A DNA stretch of 46,479 bases from Methanotrichaceae archaeon (lineage in GTDB: Archaea > Halobacteriota > Methanosarcinia > Methanotrichales > Methanotrichaceae). Both the position numbers and the translations under genes were made by a program. Positions within the stretch are counted from its first letter, which is position 1. The number at the start of each line of letters is the position of its first letter. Positions 8,785-16,892 of this stretch are shown here, piece by piece. The stretch is taken from contig CAVWIG010000010.1 in the NCBI GenBank assembly GCA_963754945.1, positions 1 through 46,479 on the forward strand. Reading direction: 5' to 3'. Under the pieces are notes generated by a model. That model ran no database searches. It saw only the letters and a list, made by a program, of their open reading frames with translations, and had not been told where the DNA came from.

Positions 8785-10406
8785 GTGAAACCCAGGGCAG
8801 AATCCGCTGCAGAAATTCATCCTGAGCTGCGCATTGGGCTCAGACCTTTTGCAGTTGCATCTTTAGTCGCTTTCCTTCTGATCTCGGCTTCAATCCTTCC
8901 TGTAGGGGGGCTCAGTGTTGAGGACAGCGCGGCATCGAGGGAAAGGCAGGTCGCACTTCAATTCGATGCCCATAGGCAAAATCCGGAGGAGCTGAGGGCC
9001 TTCTTCCTGGCAATGCCCAAAGGAGGGGATATTCACAACCATCTGACGGGAGCTGTTTATGCCGAGTATCTGATAGACCAAGCAAGCGCTGAAGGTCTTT
9101 GCATAAGCCTGAATAACGATTCCGTTTCTCGCAAGTACTGTGGGTCGAATAACTCAGAGCCGGCTAGGGATACCTACTCGAATCCGAACCTGTATGGCCA
9201 AATAATCGATGCCTGGTCCATGAGGGACTCCAACTTGCTTGACGAGAGTAAGCACGATCATTTCTTCAACAGCTTCGGTTTCTTCGGAGGGGCGACAGGC
9301 AATACCAGCGCCCTGGTCGCAGATATTCGATCCCGTGCCTTCCTTGAGAATGTCGCTTATCTGGAGGTCATGACGGGCGCCGGCTCAGGGGCAGCTAACC
9401 TGGGCAGCAAAGTGGGATGGGATGACAACTTATCAAGGTTCTACAACAAACTCGTCGACAACGGCCTTATTTCCACGGCTCAGAGCTTGAGCAATTATAT
9501 AAACGATACGGATAGCGGTTCATTAAGGATTCTGAGGAATAAGAGCGACCCTGGCAGAAACGTGACGGTCCGCTACCTTCTGACAGGTAGCAGGACGATG
9601 TCAAAAGAGAGGGTTTTCGGCCAGCTCGCGACGGCCTTCTACGTGGCCAACAGGTCGAGCTTAGTAGTAGGAGTGAACCTCCTGGGCCCCGAGGACAACT
9701 GGACCTCCAGGGAAAACTATTCCCTGCAGATGAGGATGGTCGGGTTCCTTCACAACATCTTTCCCAAGGTCAACATCGCCCTCCATGCCGGGGAGCTGAA
9801 TCTTGGGCTTGTGCCCACCGATGACTTGAGGTTCCATATCAAAGAGGCAGTCGAGGTCGGAAAAGCCTCCAGGATCGGTCACGGAGTGGATATCATGTGG
9901 GAGTTGAACTCTGACCAGATTTTGAAAGAATGGCCAGGAACCATGTGGCAATAGAGATCATGCCCGTGAGCAACCAGGTAATTCTAGGGGTGACTGGAAA
10001 AGACCATCCTTTCCCGATTTACTTTAGCCGTGGAGTGCCAATTGTCTTAGCTTCGGATGATGCAGGGGTGCTGCGCACAGACCTGAGCGAGCAGTTCGTC
10101 GTCATCGCCAGCGAGTACCCCACGATCAAATACCAGGATTTCAAGAAGTTTGTTAGGAACAGCATTGAATACAGCTTCCTGAAGGGCGATAGCATTTGGG
10201 CATCCAAAGGAGGATACTCTAAGTTAGTAGCTGACTGTTCCGGGTGCAGTCTCGGGCTCAAGAACCCTAACGCAAAGTGCAAGGTCTTCCTCGACAGAAG
10301 TGAGAAGGCCAGGATGGAGTGGAAGCTCGAAGGAGATCTGGCTGACTTCGAGGAGAATATGTTGAGGCAAAGCCAATGCCTAAGGGCATGTGAAGACCGA
10401 CGATAA
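8785..10406 (+). CDS. exported adenosine deaminase-family protein; single frameshift near 9929
   Basis: PKGGDIHNHLTG, LHAGE, RIGHG and SDD motifs across the two ORFs; hydrophobic N-terminal segment; gaa(a)tg one-base loss joins them. Confidence 0.85.
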
Positions 10407-10957
10407 TCCAGGCAGAAAATGAGCATAGAGCATGCAACGCCTGTGCAAGGTCAGAATCACAAGCGAGCTTCTTGTAGTTGGAGGGACGGAATCGACCTTC
10501 CAACCATTTTTGGGTACTTCGAGCCATTATGCAATAACTCTCGGATGCTATCTTGACTAAGGAATTGGATATGAAAATATGTAAATTAAAACTGCATAAG
10601 GACTAATCTAGTATATACAATCGGTTCGCCTCTCATCATCATTTGACCACTTTCCCTGAGGAGCATTTTGGCGATTTTAGGATTAGCCTTCAGTTGTATA
10701 ATCCGGTGTGCTCAACTATTAGCATCTGTGTGTGCTCTTGAGGACTACTCCCGGATAAGTTGTGTTGCCGAGGATTGATATAGACCGCGACCCGACTTTT
10801 GACCCAGCCGACACAATTCAACCCACAAGCCATCGATGTTCACAGAGTTTTTGAAATTCAGGTGAGAGAGGACTCCTATAAACCTACCAGACCGTAAATT
10901 ATCGCAAAGTATACATAATATTAATAGTATCATATATTCTAGATTCATTTACTACTT

Positions 10958-11240
10958 GTATGCTTCTTCTGGTTACGAAGATCTCCGCCAAGCGCTATTT
11001 TCTAGTCCACATGCGTAACGCATGTCCAGTGGTAATACCCGTGAATCCCTGTGCCGGTCACCTGGTCGAACTCTTCCAGCTCCAGGCCGCAGATCTCGCA
11101 GACTACACCATCTTCGATCTCGATCTCGGAATCGTTGCATAGGACTGTTACCATTCACTCTTAAAGCTCCTTTGAAAAGGCTTAAACCTTTTGGCTTTTA
11201 TCCGGTCCTTATTGTGCATATTGTGCATGGCATTGTGATT
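10958..11240. repeat. microprotein module repeat, copy 2
   Basis: Aligns with copies 1 and 3, including the upstream TTGTGCA motifs shared with copy 3. Confidence 0.9.
11002..11154 (-). CDS. 50-aa putative zinc-binding microprotein, copy 2 (intact)
   Basis: MVTVLCNDSEIEIEDGVVCEICGLELEEFDQVTGTGIHGYYHWTCVTHVD; TTTAAG TATA-like box ~27-32 nt upstream. Confidence 0.75.
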   Translation of the reverse strand: MVTVLCNDSEIEIEDGVVCEICGLELEEFDQVTGTGIHGYYHWTCVTHVD

Positions 11241-11576
11241 GTTTCGAGCAGATCGATCGAAGCAACGATGCGGATACCGAGCAACCTTCCAGTTTTCTCC
11301 ATTGGTTCTTGGCAAAACAGAGTTCAGGCTTATAGCTCCCGCTTATAGATCTAATATCTTTAAACTGAGAGCCTAATGTTCAATCTTTGGGTGAGAGCCA
11401 CCATCAGATCGATCTTGAAATAATCTAGTTTTAGTTATCATTTTTTGGGGAGGTTTAACTAATAAGTATCCCAGTCAATTGAAGTCCGTCGTTAGAGAAA
11501 TTTCTATTATCAATTCATGAAAAGCTATATATATTTATAATCATAATGTCTTTGAGAAAAAAAGGAAGATGGTGCA

Positions 11577-13313
11577 ATGGTTAGCAAAAGGAACGTAACA
11601 ATCATATTGCTTGTAGCGCTTTTTTTGTTTTCTTCTGCCAGTTGTGGAGATTCCCGGTTCCAGAAAGATGCAACAATAAATGATAAAAATATTAGTATAT
11701 TTGGACATTCCGGTAATATCTCGTCAAACGGCATGAAATTTGAGGCCCTGGACAGCACTCCAATACAGAATTACATAACGACCAGTCCCCCTCAAATAGC
11801 ATGGCAAAAGTGCCTGGGTGGAAGTAGCTATGATGAAGCGAATAGTGTCCAGCAGACTGCCGATCGAGGGTACATCGTAGCCGGAGACACATTTTCGAAC
11901 GATGGCAACGTGAGCGGCAACCATGGAATTCGTGACTCTTGGGTAGCGAAGCTCGATAACGTTGGAGATGTCGAGTGGCAAAAGTGTCTGGGCGGAAGTA
12001 GATACGATAAAGCAAATAGTGTTCAGCAGACTGCCGATGGAGGGTACATCGTAGCCGGAGATACGAATTCCAGCGACGGAGATGTGAGCGGAAACCACGG
12101 AGATTTCGACTTCTGGGTCGTGAAGCTTGATAGTATCGGCAATATCCAGTGGCAAAGGTGTCTGGGCGGAAGCGGTTATGATGAAGCAAATAGTATCCGG
12201 CAGACCGCTGATGGAGGCTACATCGTCGCTGGTATCACGAATTCCAACGACGGCAATGTGAGCGGAAACCACGGAAGTGAGGACTTCTGGTTGGTGAAGA
12301 TCGATAATGTCGGCAATATCCAGTGGCAAAAGTGCCTGGGCGGAAGCAGTTATGATGAAGCAAATAGTATCCGGCAGACCGCTGATGGAGGCTACATCGT
12401 CGCTGGTATCACGAATTCCAACGACGGCAATGTGAGCGGAAACCACGGAAGTGAGGACTTCTGGTTGGTGAAGATCGATAATGTCGGCAATATCCAGTGG
12501 CAAAAGTGTCTGGGCGGAAGCAGTTATGATTTGGCTTTTAGCGTTCAACAGACTATCGATGAGGGGTATATCGTCGCTGGTATTACGAATTCAAACGATG
12601 GAAACGTGAGCGGAAACCATGGACATGAAGACTTCTGGGTGGTGAAGATCGATAATGTCGGCGATATCAAATGGCAGAAGTGCCTGGGTGGCAGCAATAA
12701 TGATGATGCCATTAGCATCCAGCAGACTCCGGACGAAGGATATATAGTCGCTGGACTCACATATTCCAACGATGGAGATGTGAGCGGAAACCATGGAGAT
12801 GCCGACTCCTGGCTTGTGAAGATCGATTGCATCGGCAATATCCAGTGGCAAAAATGCCTGGGTGGAAGTGGTTACGACGATTCATGGAGCGCCAAGAAGA
12901 CCGCTGGTAGTGGGTACATCGCTGCCGGACTTACATTTTCAAACGATGGAGATGTGAGCGGCAACCACGGAAATGGCGACGTCTGGGTAGTAAAGATCAA
13001 TTCTCCGCCCAGCACTCCGCGCAAGCCTTCGGGACCGAAATCAGGCTACGTAAGGAAAGCCTATATCTACTCTACATCAGCAACCGACCCTGATGGAGAC
13101 AAAATCAAATATACCTTCGACTGGGGAGATGGCACTAACTCGGTGTCCGGTTTTGTAGATTCAGGCGAGCGTGTAGCTTCATCTCATCGCTGGATAGAGC
13201 CAGGAAAATACTGCATCAAGGTAAAGGCAACAGATAGCAAAGGAGCATCCTCCGGATGGTCAAAAGCTATGACCGTAACTGAAACGATCGCGTTCGCGTA
13301 TGTCTCTGGCTAA
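11577..13313 (+). CDS. secreted protein with seven 58-aa repeats (probable beta-propeller) and a C-terminal PKD domain
   Basis: Signal peptide; 7x WQKCLGGS..D.A.S..QT.DGGYIVAG.T.S.DG.VSGNHG..D.W.VK.D; ATDPDGD..Y.FDWGDG PKD motif. Confidence 0.85.
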   Translation: MVSKRNVTIILLVALFLFSSASCGDSRFQKDATINDKNISIFGHSGNISSNGMKFEALDSTPIQNYITTSPPQIAWQKCLGGSSYDEANSVQQTADRGYIVAGDTFSNDGNVSGNHGIRDSWVAKLDNVGDVEWQKCLGGSRYDKANSVQQTADGGYIVAGDTNSSDGDVSGNHGDFDFWVVKLDSIGNIQWQRCLGGSGYDEANSIRQTADGGYIVAGITNSNDGNVSGNHGSEDFWLVKIDNVGNIQWQKCLGGSSYDEANSIRQTADGGYIVAGITNSNDGNVSGNHGSEDFWLVKIDNVGNIQWQKCLGGSSYDLAFSVQQTIDEGYIVAGITNSNDGNVSGNHGHEDFWVVKIDNVGDIKWQKCLGGSNNDDAISIQQTPDEGYIVAGLTYSNDGDVSGNHGDADSWLVKIDCIGNIQWQKCLGGSGYDDSWSAKKTAGSGYIAAGLTFSNDGDVSGNHGNGDVWVVKINSPPSTPRKPSGPKSGYVRKAYIYSTSATDPDGDKIKYTFDWGDGTNSVSGFVDSGERVASSHRWIEPGKYCIKVKATDSKGASSGWSKAMTVTETIAFAYVSG

Positions 13314-13469
13314 AAATTAGTAGGTGATGAGCTAATTTATTTAATGAATTAGCCAACAGAAGGTCCTGAGGGCCTACGGGTAACTTCGTCTGGTAAAAGC
13401 GGAAAGGCCGGGAGACCCGCCCGGCCGTTGGCCCGCTCGTAAGGTGCGCTAGACTGATATTCCTGGTCC

Positions 13470-14198
13470 TCAATAGCTAGAATATTCGAAACTGTACATA
13501 ACCCCCTGGCTATTATAGTCGCGATAGTATCTAGGATAGTACCCCGAATAACCCGGATAGTAATCCTGATAATATCCAGAATAATATCCTGGATAGTAAT
13601 ACTGATATGGGTAATACAATGGTTGGTAACTGGTCGTGCCTGTAACGTAGATTGTCACTTGGTTGCTCGGCTGACCATTTAACATGAAATATAGCGTGTG
13701 CAGCCCAACTGTATTTGCATAGAATGTTATTTGACTGCTGGGGTAGAAGGTTTGATCGAAGTTGTACATCAATCCATCAGCAATCTCATCGAGGAAGCCC
13801 TTGCCACCTGCAGGAGAGATCGCTATAAGAGTCACAGTTGCACCTTGGGGAACGGTTACATACTGTGTCCAGTTCGTCGCACCTTGTATCCACAGGGTGT
13901 TGGCTCCCGCATTAGGACTTGACATGTATTGTGCATAAGGCATTGCTTGATTTTGGGAACCCACATACACGTTAGATGGAGTTTTGCCCGTGATATCAAA
14001 TGGCACTGAAGCACCGATATGGACCATCGGAGCTGATCCTCCCATGTTGTAATACTGCGTGTTCTGAGAGTACATGCTTGACGAACCTGCAAACGACGTG
14101 GTCCGGCTCTGGGTCGTTGTATATTGCCCTTGGATCCCGAATGAACATGCTAATATGATTAAGGCCAGTAAGGCCGTAAAAAATCTGTACAATTTCAT
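13470..14198 (-). CDS. secreted hypothetical protein with Tyr-rich C-terminal tail
   Basis: Signal peptide; C-terminal YYPGYY-type low-complexity repeats. Confidence 0.75.
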   Translation of the reverse strand: MKLYRFFTALLALIILACSFGIQGQYTTTQSRTTSFAGSSSMYSQNTQYYNMGGSAPMVHIGASVPFDITGKTPSNVYVGSQNQAMPYAQYMSSPNAGANTLWIQGATNWTQYVTVPQGATVTLIAISPAGGKGFLDEIADGLMYNFDQTFYPSSQITFYANTVGLHTLYFMLNGQPSNQVTIYVTGTTSYQPLYYPYQYYYPGYYSGYYQDYYPGYSGYYPRYYRDYNSQGVMYSFEYSSY

Positions 14199-14551
14199 AG
14201 TCTATACTCCAACCGTTAATTGGTAATACAATAATTGGAGCTGAGCGCATAAATAAATTTTGATTTCCTTAGAATGTTGATCGCTCGCTGGCCTAGAATG
14301 CCAAGTAGATCTTCATCTTTGCCGTCTCTTCCACCGACGTGACAGGCATGAATTTGATAGAATTTAGAAGCGGAAATCCAAAACGCTTAGCTAATTTTCA
14401 TGGAGATTATTTGAATTAATAGTAATTTGATTTTTTAAGCGAAATCCATGTTAAAAGACGTGGAGAGCATTTAGAACTAATAGCGAATTGCGCTGAATCA
14501 ATCGCGAGAATCGATAAGGAATTGCAAAAAGCAAGGGCGTAAGTTATTCGA

Positions 14552-14725
14552 CTATGTATTCGTCTCCTCGGACAGGTTGGCCTCATCGAAGAGGAATGGT
14601 ATCGGGCAAGCCATCTGAACCTTATTATTAATGCACAATTCCCCTTGATGACGACCGATGAGTAGTTTGCAGACAAGCATTGGGCCAAATTCGCCATTTT
14701 CCGCCATCGCATTGCAGCAGCTCAT
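14552..14725 (-). CDS. possible small Cys-rich protein (57 aa)
   Basis: Manual translation MSCCNAMAENGEFGPMLVCKLLIGRHQGELCINNKVQMACPIPFLFDEANLSEETNT*; divergent from the wHTH gene. Confidence 0.35.
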   Translation of the reverse strand: MSCCNAMAENGEFGPMLVCKLLIGRHQGELCINNKVQMACPIPFLFDEANLSEETNT

Positions 14726-14824
14726 ATTAGATTTCCTTAATTAGTTAGTAGTTGATGTTAGAATGCCAAATATGAATCCCTGTTTCTAATGGCATATATA
14801 TAACTATCGGCCAATTAGCACTTT

Positions 14825-15094
14825 GTGGGGATTATGAAAAGAAGCAAGGATGAAATTATGATGCGGATATTGAGCGTCTGCTCTGAAGGAGCTAACAAGA
14901 CAAAGATCGTTTATCAGGCAAATCTTAATTTTAAAACGGTTAATCCCTACATCGATCGGTTGGTGAAAAGTGGAATGATAGAAATCAAAGAGGGACAAAT
15001 TAGCATATACAAAACCACCGATAAGGGTAAAGAACTGTTAAAGAATTTCAAAGAAATTCAAAGCTCATTGAATACTAAAAAGGATTCAAAATGA
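14825..15094 (+). CDS. winged helix-turn-helix regulator (HTH_45-like)
   Basis: MKRSKDEIMMRILSVCSEGANKTKIVYQANLNFKTVNPYIDRL...YKTTDKG. Confidence 0.9.
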   Translation: MGIMKRSKDEIMMRILSVCSEGANKTKIVYQANLNFKTVNPYIDRLVKSGMIEIKEGQISIYKTTDKGKELLKNFKEIQSSLNTKKDSK

Positions 15095-15102
15095 TATTTT
15101 AG

Positions 15103-16373
15103 GGCAGTGTAACGATTTTTCTGTACTTTGATAATAAGAATGATTATCGGCCCTGTATCCTATCCAATCTTGAGAAAAGGAGGACACAGGACCATGATAC
15201 CCATAGCACTCTTGGAAGATTACCTTATCGATCAGGAAGATGGACTAAAGAAGCTTCTGACCTGGTTCTTGAACCTTGTAATGCAGCTAGAAGCGGCGCA
15301 ACAGGCAGATGCAGAACCGTATCAGAGAGTCGAATCCCGAAAGGCACATAGGAATGGCTACAAGGAAAGATCTCTGAAGACGCGAGTTGGAGAGCTCCGA
15401 CTCAAGAAACCTCAATTCCGTGAAATTTCCTTCGAAACCAAGGTGTTCGACAGATTTTCGCGCGTAGAGAAGGCTTTGGTCAACGCTGTACTCGAATCGT
15501 ATCTCCAGGGGGTTTCAACCAGGAGAATCCAAGATATTGTCTCTCGATTTGGCATCGAGAATTTATCTGCCTCTAGCGTTTCCAGGATATCCAAAGAGCT
15601 TGACGAGAAGGTAGAAGAATTCCTGAAGAAACCTATCGAACGTCCTATTCCTTATCTTTATGTAGATGCAAGCTACTTCAAAGTAAGAACAGAATCAAGA
15701 TATGTTACCAAAGCTTTCATGATCGTCACAGGTGTTAGAGATGACGGTTATCGCGAGATACTTGGCGCAAGAATAGCTGACAGTGAAGATGAACTCTTCT
15801 GGTCGGGATTATTTCAAGATCTGGCGGATCGTGGGTTGTCCGGAGTAAAGCTCGTGATATCAGATGGTCATAAGGGAATCCAGAAAGCGGTTGAGAAATC
15901 ATTTCTTGGTGCTTCATGGCAAATGTGTCACGTTCACTTTTCAAGAGCGGTCTTGAGAAACGTTGCCAAGAAGTATCATAAGGAGATCGCCGATAAGATC
16001 AAGATCGCTCTGGAAGACGAAATCAAGATACAGGACTTAGCGAAAGAATTGAGGGAAAGAGGTTATGCGAAATCTGCTGACACTATCGACCGCTTCAGAT
16101 TCAGTCTGTGGAATTACAGGGCATTCCCCAGAGGTCACTGGAGAAGGATTCGGACTACAAACGGGCTGGAGAGGATCAACAAGGAGCTGAAAAGAAGATC
16201 CAGGGTAGTCGGTGCCTTCCCAAGTGAGAGCTCGTTCATGAGGTTAGGGGTTTCGATCCTCATCGATATCAACGAAGAATGGCTGACCGCTAAAAAGTAT
16301 TTATCTATGGATGCTGATTGAGTATGTTGGGATACAGGGCAACTCCAAATTACAGAAATCTCGGCACACTACC
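15103..16373 (+). mobile_element. IS256-family insertion sequence, complete
   Basis: Imperfect TIRs GGCAGTGTAACGATTTTTCTGTACTTTG / CAAATTACAGAAATCTCGGCACACTACC; 8-bp TSD TATTTTAG (15095-15102, 16374-16381). Confidence 0.95.
15194..16321 (+). CDS. IS256 transposase
   Basis: RNGY, GVSTRR, YVDA, VISDGHKG, WQMCHVH, TTNGLERINKE motifs; start reassigned to ATG 15194. Confidence 0.95.
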   Translation: MIPIALLEDYLIDQEDGLKKLLTWFLNLVMQLEAAQQADAEPYQRVESRKAHRNGYKERSLKTRVGELRLKKPQFREISFETKVFDRFSRVEKALVNAVLESYLQGVSTRRIQDIVSRFGIENLSASSVSRISKELDEKVEEFLKKPIERPIPYLYVDASYFKVRTESRYVTKAFMIVTGVRDDGYREILGARIADSEDELFWSGLFQDLADRGLSGVKLVISDGHKGIQKAVEKSFLGASWQMCHVHFSRAVLRNVAKKYHKEIADKIKIALEDEIKIQDLAKELRERGYAKSADTIDRFRFSLWNYRAFPRGHWRRIRTTNGLERINKELKRRSRVVGAFPSESSFMRLGVSILIDINEEWLTAKKYLSMDAD

Positions 16374-16424
16374 TATTTTAGGATGGCCGCGACAAAATTA
16401 TAGTCACTTCGCAACAGTTTCTTA

Positions 16425-16757
16425 AATCTTGAGTCCATTACATCGGCCTGGCTTGGTTATCCCCGCACCAACAGCCGTGAATGCTTTTCCTGGGCTACGA
16501 TGATTTCCACCTATTTTCTAGTCCACGTGAGTAACGCATGTCCAATGGTAGTACCCGTGAATCCCGGTGCCAGTCACCTGGTCGAACTCCTCCAGTCAAG
16601 GCCGCAGATCTCGCAGACTACACCATCTTCGACCTCGATCTCGGAGTTGTTGCATAGGACCGTTACCATCCCTTGAAAAGCTCCTTTGAAAAGGCTTAAA
16701 ACCTTTTGGCTTTTATCCGGTGCTCATTGTGCACGGAATTGTGAACTGCATTGTGAA
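16425..16757. repeat. microprotein module repeat, copy 3 (adjacent to the purL promoter)
   Basis: Aligns with copies 1 and 2. Confidence 0.9.
16518..16669 (-). CDS. zinc-binding microprotein, copy 3 (152 nt; 1-bp deletion near 16595)
   Basis: Same ATG and TAG positions as the other copies, one base shorter; error or pseudogene. Confidence 0.65.
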
Positions 16758-16821
16758 GTATTATGAAGTTTTGTGAACGTTCGATCAAAATCCAGGGCGA
16801 AAATGAACTTCCGCCCTGGAT
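16727..16821. promoter_or_regulatory. phased TTRTG(A/C)A direct repeats and a 10-bp inverted repeat between the microprotein gene and purL
   Basis: Motif starts at 16727, 16739, 16751, 16761, 16771; ATCCAGGGCG/CGCCCTGGAT at 16790-16799 and 16812-16821. Confidence 0.5.
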
Positions 16822-16892
16822 CGATAAATTCATACCATACCCATTAGCAAAGGTTGCAGTATATGCATTACAGCCATTTCGAGGTGTAGATA

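Noticed and set aside
11790-13000. Regular repeats as a CRISPR array
   Set aside because: They are in-frame 174-bp coding repeats with no unique spacers, and no cas genes are present.
13345-13450. HDV-like or hammerhead ribozyme
   Set aside because: GGCTAA is present on the minus strand but there is no matching P2 partner, and no CUGAUGA/GAAA core.
14290-14350. Possible further att core or integrase 3' remnant (ATCTTTGCCGTCTCTTCC)
   Set aside because: Similarity is too short and gapped, and no box II motif is recoverable.
14806-14818. TATCGGCCAATTA resembling TATCGACTAATTA upstream of wHTH copies 1 and 2 as a shared operator
   Set aside because: Opposite orientation relative to the gene, different distance and low information content.
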